The notes: generated by a model from the sequence alone, not told the origin. DNA of 64,000 nucleotides from an uncultured Methanoregulaceae archaeon (GCA_963737635.1 CAVTTL010000001.1:480001-544000), one strand, 5' to 3'; positions 43,292-57,091 are shown, counted from the first letter of the stretch. Numbers and translations are program-made.

Positions 43292-43503
43292 TACTTCCCC
43301 TCCTGGTACGCTTCACTGCAGTCAGGACAGAGCATCCGCGGCATCTTTTTGGGCAGCTTGCGGGAAGGGAGCGGATACCCGCCCTCCCAGACATCAATCT
43401 CTTTCCGGATTGTATGTTTCATGCAGGTGGCCATACCGCAAACTATGCAGACGGCCACAGCATCCGCATCCTTTCCCTCTCTCGCACATATATAACACTT
43501 CAT
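43291..43503 (-). CDS. DUF2180 family Cys-rich protein
   Basis: MKCYIC..AVAVCIVCGMATCMKH..WEGGYP..CPDC; the stop overlaps the aquaporin start. Confidence 0.82.
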   Translation of the reverse strand: MKCYICAREGKDADAVAVCIVCGMATCMKHTIRKEIDVWEGGYPLPSRKLPKKMPRMLCPDCSEAYQEGK

Positions 43504-43523
43504 TATCATCACCTTGTCTGGGA

Positions 43524-45024
43524 TCAGACCGCGTCTTTCCACTGGCAGGCGCAGTGCCGGAAGTCCATCAGAGCGGCAGATGCGCAATCCTTGCAGATCC
43601 GGGCGGGCGCGGCAGCGACAGTCTTGTTTAGGGCAATGATGTTTGTCATCAGAGTCGCAGTGACCGGCTCGCTCGTGAGCAGGCACGGATAGTCGGCAAG
43701 ACGCATCATTGCCGAGAACCGGACCGTCATCGCACAGGCCGGGTAAGCGTACCGCTGCGGGTTTGCAATGACCTCATTTTTTAGGATCGGTGAGAGATCC
43801 ACGTCAAACCCGCCAACTTTGGGCGTAAGTGCCCCGGGGGTTCCTGCCTTCATCCGGCGGGCTTTATCCACGAGTTTCCAGCCCCGGTACACCATGTCCA
43901 TGAAGTCACAGTTGTGCAGTTCGATGGCGGCCCCGCGCTTCGGGTACAGCTGGACATAGTTGTGATAGCGCTTGGTGAGCAGGTCCACAACCATGATCGC
44001 ATTGAACCCGTCGAGTTCGAGCAGGTACTCGGCAGCGCTCGCCGATGCCCCGGTCGCAAGCGAAAGCACTTCGGTCTCATTCTTGATCTTTGGCGCCGCA
44101 GCATGAAGGGTCGTGTCCATCACTTCAGTCACCGATTCAATCACTGCCATGATCACGTCGTCCTTGCACATGTTGTATGTAGACTGAGCGATATGATGAG
44201 CGATATCGCCAACGCAGTACGCCGGCACCGTGACAATGTTACCGTAGTGGACATCATCATCGATTGCAGCCCTGACTGTTCCTTTCATCTTCGTGCGGTA
44301 ATCCTTCATATACTTCCGGCAATCAAACGAGGACTGGCCCACGCTGTCCATGAGTTTTGCCTGAGCCTTGACCGGTGTCTCGTAGATGGACTGGATCATG
44401 GCGACCTCTTTTTTTACTGCGTCTGCAAGGGTCGCACCACTTTCGACTGCGTGGGCAAAGATATCCCCTATTCCGTAGGAGGTGTTCATGCCCCACGACT
44501 TTGCAGCAAGGATCGCCTGCTTGTGGGCGACCGGGATCTCCGTATTCTTCAGGATCTGGTTAACAATGTTGCTGCTGCTGCCCGGGATCAGGGCAAAGTC
44601 CACGACGCAGGTAGGGCCATAGAAGCCCGCATAGCGCCGGGCCGATTCTTTTCCTATCAGGGCTTCGGCTTTTCCCACAGCAACAACAAACGTATCCACG
44701 CTCTTCCTGAACGCCGGGTCCTCGTCACAGAGGAGCTCCATGATGACCGGCGTCTGGTAATGCTCGACAAAGGGATCGTCCTCGGGACGGATCGTTGTAG
44801 TGAGGCTTTTGAGGATCGCGTAGTGAGCGTTGACCGAGTCCATGTGAAGAGCAAAGACAGACTTTGCTCTGGGCGCCAGCCGGTTTCATACCTTTTATTG
44901 CATCAACATAGGCCTTTGTGTCATCAATGATAAATTCCTGTCCGCGCTTCTTTTTTATCTGGTTCACGTCGGCGTGCTGGGCAGCCATCGCCTCAGCGAT
45001 CATCTTTTTTACTATTTCCTGCAT
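43524..45024 (-). CDS. DUF2193 family protein (frameshift near 44860)
   Basis: KKMIAEAMAAQHADV; RPEDDPFVEHYQTP, GFYGPTCVVDFALIPGS, KSWGMNTSYG, ELHNCDFMD, CKDC. Confidence 0.82.
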
Positions 45025-45197
45025 ACGAATCAGACTCCCTGGCGCCCTCTTATGGGTGCCCCTATGGCAAGCATAGTGCGATCAGCTATAATATTTTTTC
45101 AGTTACGACACCTCCCGGGTCTACCCAAGGTGCAGGTAAAAAGGAACAATCTGGGACTACTATAGCATGGAGGAAGGTATATAAGCCCCGCGACCGG

Positions 45198-45907
45198 TCA
45201 AATCACCCGGTTGAGGCTGCAGGCAAGGCGCAACGAGCTGTGCACCATGTCGGTGAGGTCTTCCTGCGTGTACTGGTTTTTAGCGATCTGCTCCCAGTCC
45301 CTCGTGGTATCCTCGTTATTCTCTCCTACCCACGAAGCGATCGAGACCTCAGGGCTATGGAAGCCCAGCCAGGCAAAGAAATTTAAAAGGTTGCCTGCCA
45401 CATGTTGCATACCGTCTACGTGCCCGATAATGATGAGCCCCACGACATTATTTTTGATCATCCGGTTGCCGAACCACGAATACTGATTCTCGATACAGTT
45501 CATCCGTTCGATGAACTTCTGGACAAGCGCCGAGTGGTTGTTCCACCGGATGGGGGTGGCAAGGAAGAGGACGTCGCAATCGAGAATTGAGGTATAAACT
45601 GTGTCCATTTCGTCGTCTTTGTACTTCATCGAGGATTGGGAGGGGTAGGTGCAGTACTCCGGGTTCTCGGAGTAATTGCCTTCGCACTCGTAGATTTTGA
45701 GATCCTTAAGTCTGATAAACTTCGTTTCACAGCCGAGCGCCGTACACCGGTCGAGCGCTTCTATGAGCAGGCGTTCTGACTTGGACATACCCGGTTCCTC
45801 CAGCTTGACCCGGAGATCCCGACCACCCGGATACCCTTCACATTCGCGGTGTCCGGCGCGGGGATCGCGCCGACGCCGATTTTCCGTCCGACCAAGGGAG
45901 ATGGCAT
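45198..45907 (-). CDS. Flavodoxin-like NAD(P)H-dependent FMN reductase family protein (frameshift near 45800)
   Basis: RVVGISGS (frame from ATG 45907), then LKIYECEG, LATPIRW, KFIERM in the second frame. Confidence 0.78.
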
Positions 45908-46233
45908 GAGGTACTCTCTTGCGCATGAAGGAATATGGGTTTGTCCCTTCGACCAAGGGAAACAGGAAGCGGATGGTCCCGGTCTGCAGGCTACTTCCTG
46001 CACATAAGAAGACCGCCACAAAGACCGGCATGATCTTGCAGCTGCGTTGCACCATCAGTCGAGGTATTGGGGGGATGATTCTTCCCGTAGTAGTCCCTGT
46101 TGTTCCAATCGGGATCTCATGATACATCCAAATCCGGATGCTTGCGTAACTTACTTCATGCAGATGGTAATTATGACCTCGATTCTGATAAATATAACTA
46201 TATATATAAAATAAGATCTAAAATTCCAACGGA

Positions 46234-46268
46234 TTTTAATGGCGTTAAAATTTTTAATGGCATTAAAA
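46234..46268. promoter_or_regulatory. Tandem pseudo-palindromic operator candidate (TTTTAA-N5-TTAAAA x2)
   Basis: TTTTAATGGCGTTAAAA (46234-46250) and TTTTAATGGCATTAAAA (46252-46268), between a TATA-like element and the ubiA-family start. The same pair recurs at 48354-48388. Confidence 0.6.
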
Positions 46269-46313
46269 AAAATCATACGTTTGAAATAATGAATGGTTAA
46301 GCAATTTTAATCT

Positions 46314-47171
46314 GTGAAACTTTTCGGCTCACCCACATTACATCTGCTCAATGCATCAACTATTGTAGCATGTGCCGGATGTTTTCGGATATTTGTTGCA
46401 ATTCTCCTCGCAGGAATCGCTCCGAAACCATCTGTGATAATTGCGTACGGATTGATCGTCTATTCAACCTATACACTTGACAGGGCAGTCGGCTGCGGGG
46501 AAGATGCGGTCAACCGGAGCGAACTCCTTGGCGCGAACCAGCGTATCGGGATCGGGGCAAGTATTTTCGCGTTTCTTATAGGCGCCGGACTCCTTGCTGC
46601 TGAACAAATCTACCTCGCCTCTCTCCTGCCTTTTGTCATCGGATATTTTTATTCAAAAGGATTATCCATCGGAGGATTTACCGTCAAATTGAAGGGCAGT
46701 ATGGGCAGCAAAAATATCGTGATCGGATTGACATGGGGGGGGAGCATTGCTCTTATTATCAGCCGGTATACTTCAGATATATTCACGATCGGTACGTTGT
46801 TTTTCTTCTTTGGGGTAAAGATGTTTATCAATTCAGCTCTTTATGATTTCAAGGATGTAAAAGGCGACCTTGCATCCGGTATCCGGACACTACCCGTTTG
46901 TCTTGGCCAAGCTGCGACAAAATGCCTGCTTCTCGGACTGTGCATTTCGCTGTACGCATCCATGATCTTCTCGACGTATGCAGGCTATTTACGATCTGAA
47001 TGGATCCTGCTCGCAGTAAGCTTCTTCTTTACCGCATCATTTATCAGCCTATATACTGTCGGTTTCGAGGAACGAGCACACGGTATTAAGAAGAAGTTTC
47101 GTCAATGGATGGTGATCGGCGAATGGCCGGTTGCACTTTTATTGCAATGGGCAGCCAGCCTAATTTTCTAA
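46314..47171 (+). CDS. UbiA family prenyltransferase
   Basis: YTLDR..EDAVNR and YDFKDVKGD..GIRTLP Asp-rich motifs; multi-TM. Confidence 0.85.
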   Translation: MKLFGSPTLHLLNASTIVACAGCFRIFVAILLAGIAPKPSVIIAYGLIVYSTYTLDRAVGCGEDAVNRSELLGANQRIGIGASIFAFLIGAGLLAAEQIYLASLLPFVIGYFYSKGLSIGGFTVKLKGSMGSKNIVIGLTWGGSIALIISRYTSDIFTIGTLFFFFGVKMFINSALYDFKDVKGDLASGIRTLPVCLGQAATKCLLLGLCISLYASMIFSTYAGYLRSEWILLAVSFFFTASFISLYTVGFEERAHGIKKKFRQWMVIGEWPVALLLQWAASLIF

Positions 47172-47948
47172 TTTCTTGATCCTCCGGGATCTCTTCTGGA
47201 AATACGTAAAAAGATCTTCTCCCCATTTTATTGCGGAAGGTTCGGTACTAATGAGATCCCGCTTCGTGTCAAATATCCCGTTGGAATAAAAGAGCGTAAG
47301 GGAGAGGTACATCTCGGTGGTGATATAGGAGAATTTTATTTCTCCATCAAAAACGTAAAGCTGCGCGTTGTCTAATTCCAGCCATTGGGAAATCTGTCGG
47401 GGGTAATTGGCTGCAACGATCTCAAATACGTTGCGTGTCAGGATCAGGGTCGTATCGATACCTTTTTTTCCAATCGACAAAAAGAGGTCCGGGTAGGTCG
47501 GGTGAACCATGTGCGTGATTCCCCTCACCTTGGAAGACTGTGCCAGGATATCCTGAAACTCCTTGTGGGATTCGTAAATTTCTTCATCCTTGCTCTCCAC
47601 GATCCGGATGTTCCCGAGTTCGCTAATGCGCAGGAGAAATTCCTTTGGGAGGGCGTTGATATTATGGTCCTGCCAGAATTTCTTCTCTTTCTCAAGTACT
47701 TCGAGTGTCCTGTTAAGAGGTTCCAGGAAATGGGCGACAAGCGCACCTAGCTCGGTGAGACCGTACTCTTTTCCCTTTCGGCAGATCAGTTTTTCATCTT
47801 CAAGGATTTTAATCTGGGGAAGCATCCCCGTAGAAGTGACATGAAGTGATGCCTTGATCTCCTCCCAGCTTTTCGGGCCATCTTTTAAAAGCATCAGGAG
47901 GTTTTTCCGTTTTTGTGAATAACAGATGGTACAGAGGAGATCCGCCAT
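47160..47948 (-). CDS. Winged-helix transcriptional regulator (methanogen DUF1724 type)
   Basis: SQKRKNLLMLLKDGPK..LPQIKILE..YGLTELG; FWQDH..LP.EFL.RI.ELG; AIKWGEDLF. Confidence 0.88.
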   Translation of the reverse strand: MADLLCTICYSQKRKNLLMLLKDGPKSWEEIKASLHVTSTGMLPQIKILEDEKLICRKGKEYGLTELGALVAHFLEPLNRTLEVLEKEKKFWQDHNINALPKEFLLRISELGNIRIVESKDEEIYESHKEFQDILAQSSKVRGITHMVHPTYPDLFLSIGKKGIDTTLILTRNVFEIVAANYPRQISQWLELDNAQLYVFDGEIKFSYITTEMYLSLTLFYSNGIFDTKRDLISTEPSAIKWGEDLFTYFQKRSRRIKKLEN

Positions 47949-48353
47949 AATTAGAATACCCTATGATCCATTTACCGTGAATTGAATTATAGGTAATGAA
48001 GCAGTATCTTCCATTCATGATTATAAAGGAAATGATCTGAGTATCTTCATCCTTCCAAAGGTTCTGCCGTTGCGATAAAAAACAGTCTAAGCGAGAGTCA
48101 TGTCGGATTCGGGAAGTATTCACCCGGCGTAGTCCACGGAAAAGTCACCCAACTCATTATCCGCATCTCTGCATCCACCCCTTAAAAAAGAGATATTATA
48201 ATTCATATAAATCTAAAATGTGCATAAAATAAGAAAGATTCCATTATTTATATCAAAAAATATTCATATATAATTATTGGATAAAAATGTGGAGAGGCCG
48301 GAATATATTACCTGGTAACGATTGGCCTGACAAAATATATAAAATTCTATAGA

Positions 48354-48388
48354 TTATAATGACGTTAAATTTTTTAATGGCGTTAAAA
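48354..48388. promoter_or_regulatory. Second tandem copy of the TTAA-N5-TTAA operator candidate
   Basis: TTATAATGACGTTAAAT (48354-48370) and TTTTAATGGCGTTAAAA (48372-48388), same 18-bp period, just after TATATAAAA. Confidence 0.6.
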
Positions 48389-48704
48389 TCTTACAGACGG
48401 ATAATAATATACTTGCGTCGTCCGGATATGAAGTGTAATGTTGGATTTACTGCCCGAATAGATTGTGCGACAAAAGGCAGGATTAGCTTCCCTCCATTGG
48501 GGTTCATTTATGAGATTCGTCAAGAACATTGGAAAAAACTGGCATCTTTACAGAAAACGGTCTTCTCTTCCGAAGATAAAGTTTAGTATATGCCTGAACA
48601 AGCTCCGGCACTTGCTTACCCGAATTCAAGCCGCCCGCTTCATAGGCACACCCGGTTTGACGCTGATATCTTCAGATTACCTAAGAACAGGATCGAATTG
48701 AAGG

Positions 48705-49871
48705 ATGGATATGACCACGACAATCGATCCGGAAAAACGAGAGAGTGGCAAACACGTATCTGTTGCACTTCCTGCCGCAGATCTGTCGAAAGAGATTCTG
48801 GCAAGTATAGGCACCATCGTCCGGATGTCTTCGGCCCCCCAATTTTTAATTGATCGAAGCCATCGCGTCATCGCTTGGAGCCGGGCAATGGAAGACTTCA
48901 CCGGTATCCGAGATGAAGACGTCATCGGAACAACGCAGCATTGGAAAGCTTTCTACGATGTGAAGCGACCCTGTCTCGCTGATCTTGTGGTTGACGCTGC
49001 AGCAAGAGACCTTTCTTTCTGGTACCAGAAAAAATGGGCAGAGTCAGAGTGTGCTGATAAGGCATACGAAGCCATCGATTTTTTCCCGCGTATTGGAAAA
49101 AAGGGAAAATGGCTGCATTTCACTGCCGTTCCTATCAGGGATAACAGCGGGATTATTATAGGGACCGTTGAAAGTTTCGAAGATCTTACTCAAATGAAAC
49201 TAATGGAGCGTGCTTTACAACTCTCCGGCAAAAAGCTCCATCTCATGAATAGTATCACCTGGCATGAAATTGAAAATAAAATTACCAGTATACGGGGATA
49301 TATAGAAATTTCAAAAGAGATCACAAAAAACGAAGAATGCATGAAATGTTTCGAAGCGGAAGAGGTCCTCCTTAAAAAAATTCATGAACTTCTTAAATAC
49401 ACTGTAGATTACCAGAAGATAGGTATGCAACCCCCTCGGTGGTTGAATGTTGGGGAAACGATCCAGACGGTTCTGTCTCTGATGGATATGAGTTCACTGC
49501 GCATGAATATTAACGTTAATTCATTGGAATTATTCGGTGATCCGAGCATTGAGCTGATGTTTGCCCATCTATTGAAAAATACCCTCAACAATGGAAAGGA
49601 TGTACCAGAAATCCGGATCAACTTTGATAAAGTTCCGGAAGGTCTGCGGCTTTTATTCGAGGATAATAGTAAAGGGATTCCATTAAACAGGAAAAAAAGT
49701 TTGTTTAATGAACCCATCATCAATGCCAATAATTTTTACTTAAAGTTCATTCACGATATTCTGGAATTTTCCGGAATGAGTATCAGAGAAACCGGTGACC
49801 CCGACAAGGGTTTACGATTTGAGATACTTGTCCCGCATGGCGCATACCGAATCACCGGATCATCAGATTAA
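48705..49871 (+). CDS. PAS-domain sensor histidine kinase (cytoplasmic, degenerate ATPase boxes)
   Basis: PAS (VIAWSRAMEDFTG..RPCLADL..WLHFTAVP), H-box ITWHEIENK, EDNSKGIP, RETG..GLRFEI. Confidence 0.82.
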   Translation: MDMTTTIDPEKRESGKHVSVALPAADLSKEILASIGTIVRMSSAPQFLIDRSHRVIAWSRAMEDFTGIRDEDVIGTTQHWKAFYDVKRPCLADLVVDAAARDLSFWYQKKWAESECADKAYEAIDFFPRIGKKGKWLHFTAVPIRDNSGIIIGTVESFEDLTQMKLMERALQLSGKKLHLMNSITWHEIENKITSIRGYIEISKEITKNEECMKCFEAEEVLLKKIHELLKYTVDYQKIGMQPPRWLNVGETIQTVLSLMDMSSLRMNINVNSLELFGDPSIELMFAHLLKNTLNNGKDVPEIRINFDKVPEGLRLLFEDNSKGIPLNRKKSLFNEPIINANNFYLKFIHDILEFSGMSIRETGDPDKGLRFEILVPHGAYRITGSSD

Positions 49872-49987
49872 CCCGCGACTCAAGCTGATTCATGTAGTCA
49901 CCTCCTGCAAAATAATTTTGTCAAATTCGATCCTTCCCCATATGTCTAAAGCCAAACAGTATCACTATCTGAACATAAGGGGGAGAT

Positions 49988-50494
49988 ATGACCACCCTTC
50001 CGGATTCGCAGCCAGTAGAACCAACAAAAAAACCGGATAGTGAGATTCACCACGTCACGATTGCTCTCGTGGGACTTATTCTCTTCATAGTAGTGTTGAT
50101 AATTTTCTATGCAGGTTTAAGCGGGCAAGGCGGTTTAAACTCAGGAAATGCCCCCGGTATCGGACCTGCGGGAAGTACCAATGCCATGACCCCGGCAGCA
50201 ATGGAAATGCCCATCGCAGAGATCGCAACAAAGTCGGTAATATGTCAAGTGACCGGCATGTTAAGTATTTCTGGGACTGTCAAGAATAATGCCAATCATC
50301 CGCTCTCCGTAGAAATGGTTGGTGCCGGTTACGATAGTAATGATGTCGAAACAGGTACCGGATATGATACCGTCACTATCAATCTTCATGGCACCAGTCC
50401 CTCTATGATTAACGTTCTTGATGGCTGCCAGCTTGATGAAACCGGAACGTATGAGGTAAGGATAGTTGACATCAGCTGGAGACACACAACCTAA
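49988..50494 (+). CDS. Membrane-anchored hypothetical protein (possible FxLYD/Ig-like domain)
   Basis: One TM helix, then ISGTVKNN..GYDSND. Confidence 0.6.
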   Translation: MTTLPDSQPVEPTKKPDSEIHHVTIALVGLILFIVVLIIFYAGLSGQGGLNSGNAPGIGPAGSTNAMTPAAMEMPIAEIATKSVICQVTGMLSISGTVKNNANHPLSVEMVGAGYDSNDVETGTGYDTVTINLHGTSPSMINVLDGCQLDETGTYEVRIVDISWRHTT

Positions 50495-50683
50495 AACACA
50501 CCGAGGAAAATCAGCTCAAAAAAGCATCTGATGGAAACCCGGGGTTTATCTTATATTTTTGTTTCTCCGCTATTCACTTCGAAGACACCCTTCTGTTTCA
50601 AGGTTGATTTGCTCAACCCAAAGTTGTCGTACCCTACTATGGGAATCCTCAAGGGGAATACTGGTCGTGATCCTGGAGATATA

Positions 50684-51796
50684 TTACACCGGGAGCGGCA
50701 TCTTCGTCGCCTCCATATTCTTTTCCATTTCAAGGATCTCAGCCAGATGAGCCTTTGTGGACGGCCCTTTTGGTACGGCCTTGCAACCGGTTGCTTTGCT
50801 CGTGGACTCCCCATAGGTACCTATCTCCCGGGCGATCGCTATCGCATCTGTCTTGTCAAACCCGATGAGAGGGCGGTAGACCGGGATTTCTGCCGAATCT
50901 GAGAGAACAACCAGATTATCGAGAGTTTGGCTTGCGACCTGTCCAAGTGATTCGCCGTTCACGATACCCTTAGCCCCGACTTTCTGTGCGACAGCCTGCG
51001 CAATACGGTACATCCGGCGTTTACAGAAGATGCAGGTGTACTTCTCCTGCCGGTTTGTGATCAGTTCCTTTTTTGCTGCCGCCAAGTATGGATCGCGTAT
51101 CACCCGGAGCCGGATATCGGGCTGGTACTTTCGCAGCACCTCCACTACCCGTTCGGCCCGGGCAAGCACGGTCTCGTCGAGGAAGGTGTCCAGCGCGACA
51201 AAGATCGGCACGATCCTGCAGCCCCGTTTCATCATCATCCACGCCGCGACCGGGGAATCGATACCTCCCGAGACAAGTGCAACGAGCGTCCCTTCGACCC
51301 CGAGCGGGAGGCCACCGGCTCCTTTTATCACCGTATCGTAGAGGTAGCACTCATCCTGCCGTATTTCGACATGGATCTCGACATCCGGGGCAGCAAGGTT
51401 CACCCTGATATGGGGGAATGCCTTCCGGACCACATCACCGAGCTCAATCGCTTTATCGTTTGATGAAAAATTGTGCTTTCCTACTCTTTTAATGCGCAGC
51501 GCAAACGTCTTTGCCTCGGGAATGCCATGTGCCCTGCTGTATTCGATAACCGCTGTTTCAAGCGGTACGTCACGAGGGACATGTTCGATTTCTGAAAATG
51601 AAACGATCCCAAAGACATGCCTGAGTTTTTCGGGATCGAGATCGCCGGTGATCCAGATTCTGCCGCGTTCGCTTTTTATCTTCAGGTCCGGGATTATCTC
51701 GCGGATGTTGTTTATCAGGACACATTCCCACTGCCGGCGCACCGGGTCCGATTTCAGGAAGATCTCCGAGTACCTGACCAGCCATTTCTTTGTCAT
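50684..51796 (-). CDS. thiI: tRNA 4-thiouridine synthase, rhodanese-less methanogen type
   Basis: VRYSEIFLKS, THUMP domain, GGLPLG, SGGIDSPVA, CIFCKRRM, GESLGQVASQT, third Cys in TGCKAVP. Confidence 0.93.
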   Translation of the reverse strand: MTKKWLVRYSEIFLKSDPVRRQWECVLINNIREIIPDLKIKSERGRIWITGDLDPEKLRHVFGIVSFSEIEHVPRDVPLETAVIEYSRAHGIPEAKTFALRIKRVGKHNFSSNDKAIELGDVVRKAFPHIRVNLAAPDVEIHVEIRQDECYLYDTVIKGAGGLPLGVEGTLVALVSGGIDSPVAAWMMMKRGCRIVPIFVALDTFLDETVLARAERVVEVLRKYQPDIRLRVIRDPYLAAAKKELITNRQEKYTCIFCKRRMYRIAQAVAQKVGAKGIVNGESLGQVASQTLDNLVVLSDSAEIPVYRPLIGFDKTDAIAIAREIGTYGESTSKATGCKAVPKGPSTKAHLAEILEMEKNMEATKMPLPV

Positions 51797-51850
51797 GTTC
51801 ACATTCCTGTCCGACACTAACTCAGGCCTTTTTCCGAATTGGGGAGATTT

Positions 51851-53332
51851 TCATGGTGTCTGCCTCCCGACCAGGGTGCTGATAGCATCGCTCGTAATGA
51901 GCCCGATAACATGCTCTTCATCATCAATGACCGGCAGCGCCGAGATAGAATGAGCTTCCATCTTCCGGGCCGCCTCCTCAACAGGCTCCTTTTCGGTAGT
52001 TGTGACCACATCGCGGCTCATAATCTCATCGAGCCAGAGGAAGTTGGACGCAACCGCCTTTGCGATATCCCACGAAGTGACTATTCCCACGAGCTGGCCG
52101 GTGGCGGAAAGGACCGGGAGGTGGTTGACGCTGCAGTGGATCATCCGCCGGGCGGTGACCGCGATCGTAGTCCCCTCCTCGATGCACTCAACATCCTGGG
52201 TCATTACGTCGCCAACGACCGTATGGGAGAGGAACCTTGTGATCAGGTAATTGAGCTGACCGGATTCAAGAAGGAACGCGTCATGGCCGTAGTTGGAGCG
52301 GATTTCACAGTAATGCACCTCGCGCTCGTTTGCAGTGAGTGCCGTCACGATCTCCTGCGACTGGTAGGGAGGGTAGAGCCAGTCCGAAGTGACTGAGATA
52401 ATAAAGAACGCCGCTTTTGCAGCCGAAAGTCCGGTTGTGAGCGAACCATCCTTTGTCAGATCGAAGTAATCGATAGCTTTTGTGATATAGAGGTACGAGT
52501 TTGCATCAAATCGTTTGGTGAAAGTATCCCCTTGGTGGTGGAGGTAACTCTCCACGGCAAACTCAGTGGAGAAATCAAACCCGACATGGTCTTTTTCCTG
52601 AAGTGCCCTCCCGAACTTTGTGTGCATTGATTCATCGGATAGATACGTGATGTGGCCGACCATTCGTGCCAGCGCAAGGCCGTGCGTGGGAACCCGTTTC
52701 CCATAATAATCCCCGTTATTCCAGTCGGGGTCGGAAATGATGGCTTTCCTACCAACCTCGTTGAAAGCGATCTGCTGGGGTGTTGAGTAGCCGGTCGTGG
52801 CAATCACGATCGCCTTTTTGATCATCGACGGATACGAGATCGTCCATTGGAGCGTCTGCATCCCTCCCATCGACCCCCCGGCGACTGCGTAAAGTTCGGA
52901 AACGCTGAGATAGTCGAGAAGAAGTTTCTGAGCGTTGACCATGTCCCGGATGGTAATGACCGGAAAAGTCGTACCAAAAGGTTTGCCGGTCTCAGGGTTG
53001 AGTGACGAAGGGCCGGTTGATCCCTTGCACCCCCCCAAGACATTGCTGCAGATCACAAAATAGCGATCCGTGTCGAATGCCTTACCGGGCCCGACAACGG
53101 CGTCCCACCAGCCGGGCTTGTCTTCTCCGTCATGAAACCCGGCTATGTGGGCATCGCCAGACAGAGCATGGCAGATGAGGATTGCGTTGCTCTTTTCCTT
53201 GTTGAGCCTGCCGTAGGTCTCGTAGGCGATTGTCACGTGGGAGAGCACCTCGCCGCTTTCAAGGGTGAGTGGCCCTGCGAGGTCGGCGTGTTCTGTCCTG
53301 ACAATGCCTAGAGAGCCACGGAGCATATTCAT
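51851..53332 (-). CDS. metX: Homoserine O-acetyltransferase with C-terminal CBS pair
   Basis: [28 protein letters not shown], then two CBS domains. Confidence 0.93.
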   Translation of the reverse strand: MNMLRGSLGIVRTEHADLAGPLTLESGEVLSHVTIAYETYGRLNKEKSNAILICHALSGDAHIAGFHDGEDKPGWWDAVVGPGKAFDTDRYFVICSNVLGGCKGSTGPSSLNPETGKPFGTTFPVITIRDMVNAQKLLLDYLSVSELYAVAGGSMGGMQTLQWTISYPSMIKKAIVIATTGYSTPQQIAFNEVGRKAIISDPDWNNGDYYGKRVPTHGLALARMVGHITYLSDESMHTKFGRALQEKDHVGFDFSTEFAVESYLHHQGDTFTKRFDANSYLYITKAIDYFDLTKDGSLTTGLSAAKAAFFIISVTSDWLYPPYQSQEIVTALTANEREVHYCEIRSNYGHDAFLLESGQLNYLITRFLSHTVVGDVMTQDVECIEEGTTIAVTARRMIHCSVNHLPVLSATGQLVGIVTSWDIAKAVASNFLWLDEIMSRDVVTTTEKEPVEEAARKMEAHSISALPVIDDEEHVIGLITSDAISTLVGRQTP

Positions 53333-53335
53333 ACT

Positions 53336-56160
<2,825 letters not shown>

Positions 56161-56174
56161 GGTAACAACCACAA

Positions 56175-56245
56175 AGCCAGAACCCGGAATCGAACCGGGA
56201 TACGCTGATCTGCAGTCAGCCGCGTAGCCTTTCCGCCATTCTGGC
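56175..56245 (-). tRNA. tRNA-Cys(GCA), canonical (G37, U73)
   Basis: GCCAGAA/TTCTGGC acceptor, GCTGA-CTGCAGA-TCAGC anticodon arm, CCCGG-TTCGATT-CCGGG T arm; ends 14 nt before the pscS ATG. Confidence 0.96.
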
Positions 56246-56252
56246 ACTAGTC

Positions 56253-56267
56253 GTTCACAATTGTGAC
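56253..56267. promoter_or_regulatory. Palindromic operator candidate (Cys-island motif) upstream of tRNA-Cys/pscS
   Basis: GTTCACAATTGTGAC; perfect core TCACAATTGTGA. Confidence 0.7.
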
Positions 56268-56345
56268 TTGATATATTAGTATAGGTAAGGGGATTATTAA
56301 AGGATCATTTTTAGGCAAGATTTACCTTCATGACGAAGAGGTAGA

Positions 56346-56417
56346 AGCCAAGACCTGAATTCGAACTGGGCTGTAGCTGATCTGCAGTCAGCCGCGTAGC
56401 CACTCCGCCATCTTGGT
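56346..56417 (-). pseudogene. Degenerate tRNA-Cys(GCA) (A1-C72 mismatch, broken T stem)
   Basis: Anticodon arm identical and D arm near-identical to the neighbouring tRNA-Cys; acceptor ACCAAGA/TCTTGGC; T arm CCCAG-TTCGAAT-TCAGG. Confidence 0.75.
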
Positions 56418-56423
56418 AGGGAC

Positions 56424-56438
56424 GTTCACTATAGTGAC
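56424..56438. promoter_or_regulatory. Palindromic operator candidate upstream of the second tRNA-Cys
   Basis: GTTCACTATAGTGAC; perfect core TCACTATAGTGA. Confidence 0.65.
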
Positions 56439-56963
56439 ATCGCATATTCCCGTATACCGGATTGTTATTAATAGCCTGATTTGAGGGCATTTTTTGCCGC
56501 AAAAATTGCATGACTGCAAAAGTCATAGAGAACCATTCACGGCAGATTTTGCTTAATTGTAGGGGTTCATGTATCCGGCTCTACCTAGCTGTACTGCGTC
56601 GTTACGGTCAATCTCCCGAAAATATACCCGCAGAACCGGTTATTCCAGCGACTCCTTATAGACAGGGACACGGTCTAATGCAAACAATGTTATTGTCACG
56701 ACCCCAGCCGGTGTTTGCATCAGGGAAACAGGTGAGGAGCGCCATAATAACCGGTAAAAAGAGCTCATAATTCAGCAAAATGCGCTGGAATAATGATTAT
56801 AAATAATCCTATGATTGTTGCGCATAGAGGAATTCAAATCCTGTATCGGGAAAAATAAGGTTATTCCTGCCTCAAATCACGAATATAACCTTATTTTATA
56901 AGATTTAACGTCTATAGGACACATGTATTTCATACACCGTATATATGCGTAGAAACGAAAGAC

Positions 56964-56978
56964 TTAACAATTGTGAAT
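56964..56978. promoter_or_regulatory. Operator candidate upstream of the wHTH regulator
   Basis: TTAACAATTGTGAAT, just downstream of GTATATAT. Confidence 0.62.
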
Positions 56979-57091
56979 TCCCACCTATGTGTGGTGATCC
57001 ACTATGAGGGATCGTTTTTGTCGATCATAACCTAGGCGCGAATGGGGGATCATTCGCACGGATTGGGCACCTGCCACCATCGGCAAAGCTC

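Noticed and set aside
43914-44930. 338-aa plus-strand ORF
   Set aside because: Antisense shadow of DUF2193 with no motifs. The same applies to 54934-55896, 59878-60606 and similar long antisense ORFs.
45908-46127. Long N-terminal extension of the flavodoxin-like ORF
   Set aside because: The family N-terminal motif (VVGISGS) is in another frame starting at 45907, so the extension is a frameshift artefact.
56161-56247. ORF-track N-terminal extension of pscS (MPEWRKGYAADCRS...)
   Set aside because: It is a translation of the tRNA-Cys gene; the likely start is ATG 56160.
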